Source: the human T2T-CHM13v2.0 reference genome, Homo sapiens. Taken from it: a stretch of 64,000 bases of DNA. Position numbers and translations under genes: made by a program. Shown here in pieces: positions 23,197 to 64,000 of the stretch (the stretch's first letter is position 1; each line of letters opens with the position of its first letter). The stretch lies in NCBI RefSeq assembly GCF_009914755.1, contig NC_060941.1; one strand, written 5' to 3'. Under the pieces are notes generated by a model. The model did no database searches, was not told the DNA's origin, and worked only from the letters and a program-made list of their open reading frames with translations.

Positions 23197-23889
23197 TGAA
23201 CTCCTGAACTCCAGTGATCCACCCACCTTGGGCTGCCAAAGTGTTGGGATTAGAGGCTTGAGCCACAGCGCCGGGCCTTCAGGGGTATCGATTTTGTTCC
23301 CGTGCCTCTTGTGTGTGTTCTAGTGTGGAAGTGGAGGCGATTGCTTTCCAGCACAAGCCCGTTTGACTGTCGGGGTTTGGACAAGTGGCTGCGACGACAC
23401 TAAGGTGGAGACCGGGATGTAGCGAGGACTCCCAGAGTTGGGAGACGTTGTACGCTTACTGGGACCTAAATCCCGCACGAGTTCCCACCCAAGTGCCGCC
23501 GCCCCAGCCTACGCACGCGCATTCGCACCGTCTCCAGCCCCGGGGTCCTCCTGCCCCTCCCGCCGTCTCCGGGGGCCTTTTCTCCGCTCGGCACCAGGGT
23601 GTCCCCGGCGCCGCCTGATCCTGTTAGCGCGGTACTCTGAGTGCAGTCAGTCCTCGGCGCTGTTTTCCCTGATTTGCTGTCGACGCCAGGAAGGAAGGAC
23701 GCGTGCAGAGGACCGCAGAGGGGTGGCCGTGGCTGAGAGGAGACAGCGCCGCAGCACTGAGGGTTTGGGCTTGCAGGCGCTGCAGGAGACGCCCAGGCGG
23801 AGTCTTGTCTCGCAGCCAGCTCTGAGCGGGAGGCCTGAGCGGGAAGCATTGGCGTCCGAGCGACTTCTAGGAGCCTGGGGTTCGGCGCT

Positions 23890-53758
<29,869 letters not shown>

Positions 53759-53812
53759 GAACTGCTTCAATGTGGTATCTTTGTATGGCAATGTATATAG
53801 ATTTTTTAAAAG

Positions 53813-53818
53813 AATAAA
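53813..53818 (+). terminator. NUP85: NUP85 polyadenylation signal
   Basis: AATAAA 55 nt after the stop, upstream TGTA elements, downstream GT/T-rich tract. Confidence 0.85.
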
Positions 53819-53895
53819 TGTTGTTTTGCAAATGTAGGTTCTTAGAGTCCACCCAGGGAATTTTTTATCTGTCTAGTCTGAACCTGAGGTGGTAA

Positions 53896-54093
<198 letters not shown>

Positions 54094-54689
54094 TAGTAGA
54101 GATGGGGTTTCACTGTGTTGGCCAGACTGATCTCAAACTCCTGACCTTGTGATCTGCCCGCCTTGGCCTCTCACAGTGCTGGGATTACAGGCGTGAACCA
54201 CCACACCCGGCCTTGTTTTATGTTCTGATACGCAACTGTCTTCCTGTGCCTCCTTAGATAAGAAATCACCCCCCAGGTCGGGTGCAGTGGCTCACGTCCT
54301 GTAATCCCAGCACTTTGGGAGGATCCCTCAACCCCAGGAGTTTGAGACCAACCTGGGCAACATAGGGAGACTCCATCTCTGTTTAAAAAAAAAAAAAAAA
54401 AACCCCAAAGTTGTGGTGACTGCAGTGTCTTGGAAGTCTGAACAAGAACGCTTGGTGGTATACTTGTGCTTCTGAAATCTTGCCTCACCTCTTCTGGAAC
54501 ACTTAACATTTTGGTTATTTAGTTCCCTTAAAATATAAGCGTACAGGAACCCGCACTTTTAACAAAAACCTTGGGCAGTTCTATCATAGGCTGTCCTCAT
54601 GTATATCTAGAATTCATAGGTGGTACCTTTTCCTCCATCAGGGTGAATGGCGTCTATACTAGGAAGATTCCAAGTACAGTGAAAATGGT

Positions 54690-54695
54690 TTTATT
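54690..54695 (-). terminator. GGA3: GGA3 distal polyadenylation signal (further AATAAA at 54897-54892 and 55524-55519)
   Basis: TTTATT on + strand near the end of the repeat-free 3'UTR. Confidence 0.7.
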
Positions 54696-56354
54696 TAACA
54701 TGCAGCAAAACAAGGGCAGCAGAGCTGGGATATCCAGTACAGCCATTTGCCACGAAGCACTGACCTCAACAGTAACGAGTAACACTCAAATAACTGTAAT
54801 GTCTAGAGCATAACACAAAGTTCCATTTCCACATAGTAATTCCACAGACATTCCCAGGGCTGCAGCAGCCAGTCTCTGGAAAGCTCTTGGATTTATTCCT
54901 TAAGTAGTGAAAAATGATTCACTTTTGACTTGTCCTCTTCTAATGAAGCAGTGAAACCTGCTTGCTAAAGACAGCGAGGGGCAGGGAAGGGATATGACCT
55001 CTTCCCATAGTAAGGAATAAGGAAGCCTGGCAAGGGGCAGGGAGGAACCAGGGAACATGGTCTGTGCCACCTTCCTTTCCCCAGAGATGTCCGATTGCTG
55101 AGCTTGTTCACCTGGGCTCCGCAAGCTTCCCCCGTGTCTATGGCAGCTGGTGATTTTTTTTTTGTGACGGAGGCTTGGAGTACATGTCCCAGGATCACAT
55201 CCAGCAGCTAGAGTGGCTGGGACAAGCTGGCGGGGGCCAAGCACTGTTGAAGCAATAGGGTCTGGTGACTCAGCTCAAGTGTGGCCCGATCTCATCACCT
55301 CCAGACCCAACATCTCGCTGACAGTGCCCCTCAGTAGCTGGGGAACAGTTGAGGTTTCTGGGCAGCACATTAGGACATATGTCTAGTGTAACATTTGTGA
55401 TCCTGAGGCCTCCTGTGTCCAGCCACAGGTGCCACACCACATGCCATCTGGTGAGAGGAGAGGGAGGCCAAAGCAGTAGGATGTAGAGTGGCGGTAGATT
55501 CCAAGGGGAGGATAGCAGTTTATTTCATGCCAAGCAAGAGGTAGTCAGTAGGATGGCCTGTCCCCACGGCTGGAGGCACGCTTTTCCCAGAAAGCTGAGT
55601 ACCTGCTTCTGGAGAAGGGGAAATACTGGCTCTCTTCATTTTCCTTCCTATCCCTAGTTGGGCCTGTCATGAGGCCAAATTCCATGTCCTGCCAAGATGT
55701 CCATAGGACACAGCCTGCCACTGCCAGGGACAAGCACACAACTCATCACTCCGTGGCCATTCCAGGACGATGCTGTCCACCAGAGGCAGGGCTGGGGACT
55801 TTGCAGTATGCCAGTTCCTTATTCTGGGCCAGGCACCTTCCTGGGCCACCTCCCTGGGGATGGCAGCAGGAGCTGGTTGGCGGGGGAAGCATGGAATTGC
55901 AACAGGGCTGCAGCCCCTTGGGCCGTGCATCTGTCAGGTGTGAGGATGTGGCTCTTGTGGGGAATGACCCATGACAGTCTCTCTTTAGAGACTCCCACCC
56001 CCCACCCCCCACCCCAGTGGCTTCAGTGAATGCCAGTAGAAGGAAGCAAACACCTACGCCAAGCCTGGGGGTCCATGTTCCCGGGACAGCAGTGAAGTCA
56101 GGGGCCACTCCGCACCCCTGACAGCATATGGCCACTTCAAGTCACACAGGTAGATAAAAACAGGTCCTTTTAGGGGCCAAAGGAGAGGTTATCACAGCAG
56201 CAGTTTGGTTCTCAGCAGAAATGCCCAGGGCCCCTGTTCCACATCAAAGCTACAAGCACTGTTGTCAGGGCATGGAGAGTGACGGGACCAGAGCCCTCCT
56301 CGTCTCAGGGCAGCCTGCCTGGCTTCAAGGTGGAGATCACAGCGTCCTCTGGGG

Positions 56355-56465
56355 TCATAGGTTCCCCCACTGTTCCACAGGAGGGAACTGGTCCACCTCG
56401 CCCACCTCTGTGCTCAGCTGCTCCCCCAGGGCGAAGGTCAGCTTATACCGAAGCCGCACCTTCTC
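56355..56465 (-). CDS. GGA3: GGA3 exon 17 (terminal coding part)
   Basis: acag|EKVRLRYKLTFALGEQLSTEVGEVDQFPPVEQWGNL TGA. Confidence 0.93.
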   Translation of the reverse strand, partial: EKVRLRYKLTFALGEQLSTEVGEVDQFPPVEQWGNL

Positions 56466-59400
56466 CTGTGACAGAGGGCAGCAAGTGAGATCCAGCCCAG
56501 GCGGCCCCTTGGCAGGACGCCCTCTATTCTGCTACCCTCTCTGTGCTAGAGGAATGGTCCCTTTTCCCCGCAACCCCCAACCATGCTCAGACACTTAACC
56601 TAAGGCAGCAAAGGGATGTGTCAATCCTACAGTCAAAACACTTCCAGCTGGGAGGTGGTGGGCCTGACGTCCTAATCTGGGGCAGCTGGGGCCTCAGGCT
56701 GGGACCCCTGGGTTCTTTGCTGCTCACCTTCAGTGGATTGGCCAGCAACATGACCTGGGTGATGGCTGCAGGTGGCTGGATGGGGCTAAATGGAGAGAGT
56801 TCTGTCCCAGAAGGTGGCTGCAACTTCACTTTCATTGACTAAAGAGAGAGAAACTCCTTTGAAGAGAACTGGTAGGTGCCCCCAGATGGAACCTGCAGTG
56901 CACACACACACTGCCACCTGCTGGCTGCAAAGGCCTCTACACAACAGGGTCAAGATAAGGCCGTTTTGGCCCCAGGGAGACACTGGTACCTTGGGCACTG
57001 CAGCCTGCAGCACGATGCTCTTGACAGGTAAGGGAGCCGTGTTCAGCATGGACACCACCACCACCAGCACGTCAGGTCGTCCTGGGGGACACTCCTTGGC
57101 AAAGTGGAAGAGGATGCGGAAGCCGTTTTTATCGTAGGCTGTCACAGGAAGGGCACTGCCTGTAAGAACGTGACGTGAGTGTGGGAGGAGCAGCACCAGA
57201 GACACCCAACAGAGCCCCGGCGGTGAGGAGAAAAGGGCTACTCCGTGGTCATGATGAGTCCAGTGCTTCCTAACGGAATCTGGGAGAGGCGCTCAGTGAG
57301 GAGCTTAAGACTGAGAATGCAGGCAGGGAGGCCTGCCTGGCTTTAAGGGACCCCCTGCAAAGAGTGCCTGGATCCATCCCTGTCGCATGTCCTACAGCTC
57401 CGTGGCTATAGGCCCCACCGCCCCACCCACCTCAATCCTCCAACACCTACTAGGCTTGATCGATTCCAGGGGCACGTGGATGCTGGCCAGGGAGAGCTCA
57501 GGCCCCTTCGGGGGGCTGCCCTGGGACTGGAAACTCAGTGGCTGGAAGAGCGGGCTGCCGGGCCCCGTGGAGAAGGGCAGGAGGGGCCTGGCTGGGGTGG
57601 TGGTGGGGATGAGAGGGGAGGTAGTGGGTTTCACCAAGCCCGAGGTCCTGGGAGGTGGGAAGGATGGAAAGCACGTCAGAGAGCCAGCCAGAGCTGCAGG
57701 ACTCTCACCCAAGGCCCCTGACCATGCTCTTACCCAGGCCCACCCCTTGCCTTCCAGCCTGACTGATGGGACTACAAGGCACCCCCACCCCTTCAAAGTT
57801 AGCTCTGGTTCTGACACATTCAGGCCCAACCCTCAGCAACCCCACATCTCCTCCCACTCATTACACTTTGGCCTCTTCTAGAAGCTGATCGAGGGCATCC
57901 AGGTGGTGCAGCGCGCTGTTGCCCAACGCCAAGCCATGGTGCCCAGGGACTGCGGGCTCAACTTTTGGGGCCAAGGCTGGGGCCACTCCAGTAGAAAACA
58001 AGGAGGAGCCCGCACTGGGGGCAGGAACACTGGCTGGGACCACAGGAGCTGGGAAGGGAGGCGGCAGTGGAGCTTGGGAGCTGCTTGAGGAGGGGGCTGA
58101 GGGCTGGAGCAGAGGAGCATCGGAGGCGCCACAGGCAGCGGTCCCCGGCCTGGGGCTGAAGAAGTCCAGGTCGGACTGTTCCCTCTATGAACAACAGAAA
58201 GGGTGGTGAGCCGAGGGCGGGTGGGGAGGGCCTGCCGCTGGAACGGGGCGCAGCCCTCCAAGGACTGCACGGAAGACAGCCCCGGAGGCACTCATTGTTC
58301 CCCGCTGCAGCTGGCACGCTCTGGAGGGAAGGACAGCTAACTGCAGCCCAGGAGACATGACGCTGGAAAGTGGAGGTCCTTGGCACAGTAGTGCTGTCAC
58401 CGATCCTGTGCCCCTACCTGGAGCAGGTGCCACTGGCTGTTCCCAGCTGACTCTTTGGGAGGAACATTAGGGGCTGGGTCGGCGAGGCCTGACAATAGAG
58501 AAGAAAACAGGATGAGAAGAGGCTCTGAGCTAGGCAGCCCTAGCCCCGCCTTGCCTGAGGAGGGGTCAGGTGACAAGTGACATCAATGGGTGAAGGCGCA
58601 GGGAGAAGCTGTTCTGCAGGCAGCCTCCAGAGGGGAATGGAGCGCTCCAGTCCATGATGCAGAAGCGGGGGGCCTGTGGGGCGGGGTGCAGGGCAGGAGG
58701 CAGAGTCCACCGGGAGGATGGCCCTGGGGCCCTCAGGGTCGCTGAACTTCACTGAGTACCTCCAACTCAGGGTTCTTTGCCCACCCCAACAGTCACACTG
58801 GGGCCCCGCTCAGGGCTCCTAATTCCACACACCCTTCCTCCCAGAGCCCTGTCAGGGGATGCCCCTGACGCCCCCTGTGGGCCGCACCCAAGCAGAGTAG
58901 CTCCTCGTCCAGCCAGGAGAGGGCGTTGCTTGTGCTGCTGGGCCCCAGGGTGGCCTCGGCCTGGCTAGAGGAGCGGCTCCGTGGAGGTCCTGAGGCCTGG
59001 GGTGGTGGAGGGAGGATTGGGATGCCTGAGGAGGGTGGAGTAGGTGCTGGGGCCAACACGGAGGACAAACTGTTGGTCGTGTCCAGCTCCGCAAGGTCGA
59101 TGAGCGTGCCTTGGTTACTGCACTGACTGTTTCCTGGATGGGTCAACAGAGCAGAACAGGAATAATTAGGGGTCTTCTAGTGGCTGTGTGGCAGGAGGCA
59201 GCACCCTAGGCACAGAGGTCACTGCTACAGCCTCTGGCCTAATCCAACGGCATCTCTGCCAGGGGATGCTGCAAAGCAAGCCCGAGAAAGCAGGTGGGGA
59301 AATTCCTACCCACATCTCCAGGCCTCCGGGAAGCCGGAGGATTGCTTGGAATGGCAAAGAACTCCCTTGGGCCTTGTGCAACACCACCACGCTGGCCAGC

Positions 59401-62400
59401 CTACACCCGCAGCTTCATGATAGGGGCCTGAGGCTGGTCTGGAGGAGCCTAGAGTTGGGGACCAGAGCATCTCACCTTCCGAGTCAGGCAGGGTTAAGGT
59501 AGCCACCTCGCCATTGATGACCTGCCCTTCAATAATTGTTTTGTAAGAGTTGATGACCCGGGAGAGGTTGTCACTGGCTTGCAGGATGTCCCCTGGAGCA
59601 GGAAAGAGAGACTTCTCACTCCTGTTGTGACAGTTCCCACCCACATATCCAAATGCCTGGCTTATCCCTGACCGTCGCTCTTTCACTCACCCAAACTGTT
59701 ATCATTGTCCTCAGTCTCACTGGCGAGTTTAAATAAAGTCCGCCTCTTGTTCTCACACTGATCAAACAGCTCCTGAAAGAGACTCGGACATAAAAATCAA
59801 ACCACAAAGGCCCTTAGAGATCATCTGATTCATTCAGGGTTCATGCCCAGAAAATGACCGGGATATGCCAATTGCCACGGTCAATTACCAGCAAAGCTGG
59901 GATCACAGCGCACGTCTTCTTGCCACCAGCCACCACCACCACACCACATCACCCAGGATGTTTGTCTAGGTAGCAGTCACCAGGATGGGTCAGGGGAAGT
60001 CAGTCCCCTCCTGCCTTCCAGGCTGGCATGTTCCTCAGAACTCAAAATATCCACCCAACCATGGCCTGCACCACATGGGCATCAGGGTTACAAGGAAGCC
60101 TCTCTGTCTTGATGTCCCCAAGGTAGTAAGGAAAGGGAGAGAGCAGGGGTGAGCACCGAGAGTGTGGTCTCTGGAGTCAGACTCAGGTTTCCATCTGGCC
60201 CTCACACCCTGGACAAGTCAGCTGATCCCAGGAGGCAAATGGGGACGCCACCCTCTACTGACGTGGCTGCTGTGCAGATGAGTAAGGTCATGAATACACT
60301 GCCAAGTGCACAGCCCGTGTCTCTGACAAGGCACGTGCTCAGCAAATGCTGGCTGAGCTCCTGAAGGGCAGCGCAGCCCCGGGAGGCAGCCTTTGCCGTC
60401 GGCGGTCCCACCTTCATCAGCTCTCTGTCCCCGTCCGAAGAGTCCTCCTGGCTGTAATGAAGCAGCATCTCACTGAGCAGTCTCACGTTGTTGTTAACTT
60501 CCTCTAACGTGTGCAGACGCTTGGTCACCTTCTGGATCCGTGCCTCGTCCTGCCCCAGTGAAGAAGTTCAAGAGAAAGAGAGCGTCACTTGACTGTCTTT
60601 CCACTTCCACCAGGTCACACCTTACCCCACAACACAAGTACAGACGCTCGGAAGCTCCTTTCAGTGTGGGGTGCCTGGGGCCCAGTCTATACTTCTGCTT
60701 TCACAACACTGCTCCCAACCCACTCCTCTCTTCCGTGCTCCCGCGGAAGCTATTGTGCTCCTCCTCCCACTCTCAGCCACCGGGGCACAGGTAGGGCAGC
60801 TGGCAGCAGGGGAGAACAAAACAGGCCCGTGTCCGGGGCAAAGCGGCTTCTGCTGTGTGGCCATGGGCTCCTCCACCCCGTGCCTGAAGGACCGGGGCCC
60901 ACTCACTTCCTTCACCATGGACTTGATGAGCTTGTTGGCCTCCTGCAGGTCATCTGGGTTTTTGCTTTTCAGCAGCTTGGCTAAAAGCTGAGAGAGGAGG
61001 AAATCAGAGGTGAAGGGAAGAGGCAGCACCCGTACCCCAGGGAAACCCCAGAGGCTCCCCGCAGCACAGTGCAAACCACATTCCCCTGCTGCCACCCACT
61101 CTCGTATGAGAAAATCCCAGGCCCAGGGTGTCCTTTACCTTGGACTTCTCCTCATCATCAAAAACAGGGTTTTTGGGACGAGGTGGTGGAGAGGGGATCA
61201 GCGTCCTATCCACAGGAATTGGTGGGTCAGACTGCACTATGCCTGAAAGGGGACATGGCAGCACGTGCACTCAGGCTGTGGTTGCCTTGTCACCCCTCCT
61301 CATACACCAAGGGCCACGTCCCTGTGATCAAGACCTGCAAAGGGTAGCAGGGTGGAGGGCAGGCTGCTACACCTTATCCCATCCAACTCCGACTCAGCCT
61401 TGCCTGGGGACAAATGCTGTTCTCTTCAGGAGGGACTCTGGGGATCCCAAACCTTCCCTTCTCTCCTTGCCTGGGCCAGCCTTCGAGGGCTGCCTGGAGG
61501 CTGCGGGCAGGCAGACACGTACCCTGTCTCTTCAGCATGTGGTAGGCGTCTTTGATCTTTGCTTCTTCTGGCAGGGCCATGGTCCAGCTGTACAGCAGCT
61601 CAATAACCTTGGTCTTCACTTTCTCAGACACCCTGTCCCCCAGGTACTACATGGCAAAAGAAAATGAGGACCTAGTAAGTGCAGTTCGGAGGCAGAGAAA
61701 GTGTAAGGCTCCCTCCACAGCAATGGCGTGGCTGCTCAGCAGCTATGGTCCTACTCAAAATCTGCAGGTGTCCAAGTGTGTGTGAGACAGCGTGGGGAGG
61801 GGAACGACTCCCTGTGGTGTGGCTGTGTCCATCTGGATACAGTCTGTGGATAGGCAGGGGGCCAGGAGGTCATCACCTCCTGTCCAGGAAGTGTCCTGTA
61901 AGTGTATTCATGACCTTACTCATCTGCACAGCAGCCACGTCAGTAGGGGTGGCGTCCCCATTTGCCGCCTGGGATCATCTAACTTGCCCAGGGTGTAAGG
62001 GCCAGATGGAAACCTGAGTCTGACACCAGAGACCATGCCCTCGGTGCTCACCCCTGCTCTCTGCCTTTCCTTACTACCTTGGGGACATCAAGACAGACAG
62101 GCTTCCTTGTGACCCTGATGCCCATGTGGTGCAGGCCATGGTTGGGTGGATATTTTGAGTTCTGAGGAAAGTGCATTTTCACGCACAAGTTGCCAGAAAC
62201 ACAACTGCATTTTATCTTGGGGGTGTCCATGAGAATGTCTTTAGCATGGTAAAGTATTCCCTCTGCTTTAAGTGGGGGCCCAGAGCTGCGCCACACCAGC
62301 GTGCAACAGAACACGGCCAGCTGAGCATCGGAGCAATGACGGAGGCCAGCTCCCCGTATCCACGTGACACAGGCCAAGAAAACCCACAAAACCCACAACT

Positions 62401-62793
62401 GCCATGTGCCAGGTGCCTAGAGTCCCACACTACATGGGCCCTCACCCTGGACAAACACACAGCCACTACCACATCACCTGTCAGATTTGGGCTGAGGGCG
62501 CTTCAGAAAAAGCTGCCGGTCCCTGTGGCCTGTTTGGTCATCCCGTTACCTCCGGGGCCTAGCTCTCTAAGGACAAGACACAAATAATCTCAGCTCCCTG
62601 GAGATGTTGGATGGGCAGTGAAAGCCAGTATGATGGGAGATGGGAATGAACACAAAAGAAGTCCCTAAAAGCGAGGAATCTGCCGCTGACTGACCTTTGG
62701 AGAGACGACTTTGATTAACTCATTCAAAAAGCGGAACTTCCCCACTTCGTTATGAAATCTCCTCCCACAGTTCTTCATGCATGCCTCCAGCAC
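56355..62793 (-). CDS. GGA3: GGA3 (VHS-GAT-hinge-GAE clathrin adaptor), exons 4-17 (residues ~68-723); 5' exons lie right of the window
   Basis: 14 GT-AG exons sum to 1971 nt in frame: VLEACMKNCGRRFHNEVGKFRFLNELIKVVSPK...EVGEVDQFPPVEQWGNL*; includes the ARF-binding GAT helix (DLQEANKL) and hinge DEELL motif. Confidence 0.97.
56728..56838 (-). CDS. GGA3: GGA3 exon 16
   Basis: ttag|SMKVKLQPPSGTELSPFSPIQPPAAITQVMLLANPLK|gtgagc. Confidence 0.93.
56990..57159 (-). CDS. GGA3: GGA3 exon 15
   Basis: acag|SALPVTAYDKNGFRILFHFAKECPPGRPDVLVVVVSMLNTAPLPVKSIVLQAAVPK|gtacca. Confidence 0.93.
57451..57647 (-). CDS. GGA3: GGA3 exon 14
   Basis: ccag|TSGLVKPTTSPLIP...SLASIHVPLESIKP|gtaggt. Confidence 0.92.
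57865..58184 (-). CDS. GGA3: GGA3 exon 13
   Basis: atag|REQSDLDFFSPRPG...HHLDALDQLLEEAK|gtaatg. Confidence 0.9.
58418..58488 (-). CDS. GGA3: GGA3 exon 12
   Basis: tcag|LADPAPNVPPKESAGNSQWHLLQ|gtaggg. Confidence 0.9.
58888..59133 (-). CDS. GGA3: GGA3 exon 11
   Basis: ccag|NSQCSNQGTLIDLAELD...NALSWLDEELLCL|gtgcgg. Confidence 0.92.
59476..59592 (-). CDS. GGA3: GGA3 exon 10
   Basis: ccag|DILQASDNLSRVINSYKTIIEGQVINGEVATLTLPDSE|gtgaga. Confidence 0.93.
59691..59772 (-). CDS. GGA3: GGA3 exon 9
   Basis: tcag|ELFDQCENKRRTLFKLASETEDNDNSL|gtgagt. Confidence 0.93.
60031..60300 (+). repeat. Inverted repeat arm A (GGA3 intron 8); unique sequence plus MIR-like part
   Basis: Reverse complement of 61901-62169 with 12 substitutions and 1 indel by manual alignment. 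Confidence 0.95.
60412..60549 (-). CDS. GGA3: GGA3 exon 8
   Basis: gcag|DEARIQKVTKRLHTLEEVNNNVRLLSEMLLHYSQEDSSDGDRELMK|gtggga. Confidence 0.93.
60907..60987 (-). CDS. GGA3: GGA3 exon 7
   Basis: tcag|LLAKLLKSKNPDDLQEANKLIKSMVKE|gtgagt. Confidence 0.93.
61139..61242 (-). CDS. GGA3: GGA3 exon 6
   Basis: tcag|IVQSDPPIPVDRTLIPSPPPRPKNPVFDDEEKSK|gtaaag. Confidence 0.93.
61523..61646 (-). CDS. GGA3: GGA3 exon 5
   Basis: gtag|YLGDRVSEKVKTKVIELLYSWTMALPEEAKIKDAYHMLKRQ|gtacgt. Confidence 0.93.
61901..62169 (-). repeat. Inverted repeat arm B (GGA3 intron 4)
   Basis: Reverse complement of 60031-60300; the ORF track shows the same SVFMTLLICTAATSV peptide on opposite strands. Confidence 0.95.
62695..62793 (-). 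CDS. GGA3: GGA3 exon 4 (99 nt, symmetric; matches the 33-aa VHS segment missing in the short isoform)
   Basis: acag|VLEACMKNCGRRFHNEVGKFRFLNELIKVVSPK|gtcagt. Confidence 0.92.
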
Positions 62794-63382
62794 CTGTAGC
62801 CGCACAGAGGAGAGGCGCTCAGTGAGGGCGCGCTCGGGGCTGGAACCTGGCACTGGCAAGATCCCTGGCACCCAGAGAGTACTGAATAAACACGCCCACA
62901 GGAAGGAGCTCATCACGAAAAGCAGTGTGCACTGCCCGGGGACAGTGTAATTAAGCAACGAGATCACTCACAGACCATGTCCCTCCAACTGCAAACCTCT
63001 GCTGGGGAAGCTGGGCAGGGACTAAAGCAAGAAACCCCGAGACCCCGACCCCAAGAAGGCCTGGATGCCAGTCCTGGAAGGTGCCTTCCTTAAAGATTCT
63101 GGCCTCGTGTTTTACAATGAGGGAGGTGAGGTCCAGGGACAAAGTTTCTCTGACTTGGTGTCCTGGGTTTTTTCCACAAGCTCACCAACAATTGTGCAGG
63201 GAATGGGAGGGATGTTTAAATCCTATTATCTGTGAGAAAGATGACAGGATATTTCTCCTCCCTCCGCTTATCTCCCTAACTCACGCTTTGGCTTTCCTGT
63301 GCTGCCTGTGGTCCCTGGCACTGCGGTTTCTAAGGGGGAGTGCACTGTCCAGGCTCTCTTTCTTGGCTTCTGCATTTTAAAG

Positions 63383-63819
<437 letters not shown>

Positions 63820-64000
63820 TGAATTCCCTTAAGCGATCCTCCCGGCCTAGGCCCCACAGGGTGCTGGGACTATAGGTACAAGCCACCGTGCCCTGCTGAG
63901 AATCACTGTTTTAAGGAATTCGTTCTACAGCAAATATGACTGAGGGGTGCATGTGAACCAGATGATATTTCCTCTTTTCGCTTTCCAGGACCTGAATGCA

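Noticed and set aside
56355-62793. GGA3 exons 4-17 and the whole NUP85 CDS both total 1971 nt
   Set aside because: Coincidence of where the window truncates GGA3
55545-62967. Plus-strand ORFs over GGA3 (e.g. 57387..57881, 61128..61667)
   Set aside because: Antisense shadows of GC-rich GGA3 exons and UTR; no splice or homology support

Overview
Primate (very likely human, chr17q25-type) genomic DNA, extremely Alu-rich. It holds three genes. (1) The first coding exon and CpG-island promoter of SUMO2 (- strand; MADEKPK at 327..307). (2) After a ~23 kb Alu-saturated spacer, the complete NUP85 gene (+ strand; 19 coding exons, 23890..53758, 1971 nt = 656 aa). (3) Exons 4-17 and the 3'UTR of the convergent GGA3 gene (- strand). 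Almost all ORFs in the supplied track are Alu artefacts. Most notable unexplained structures: a ~270-bp, ~95%-identical non-Alu inverted repeat in GGA3 introns 4 and 8 that brackets a 447-nt, stop-free, phase-0/0 block of exons 5-8 (circRNA, exon-skipping or inversion substrate); a ~2 kb repeat-free island in NUP85 intron 11 with a TATA/Inr pair and a 134-nt cryptic exon phase-compatible with replacing exon 11; an in-frame cryptic GGA3 acceptor sharing a 19-nt motif with the cassette exon 4 acceptor; an Alu-interrupted RPL39 retrocopy in NUP85 intron 7; and a young AluYb8. Gene names and repeat families are recognised from memory of the sequences, not from database searches.
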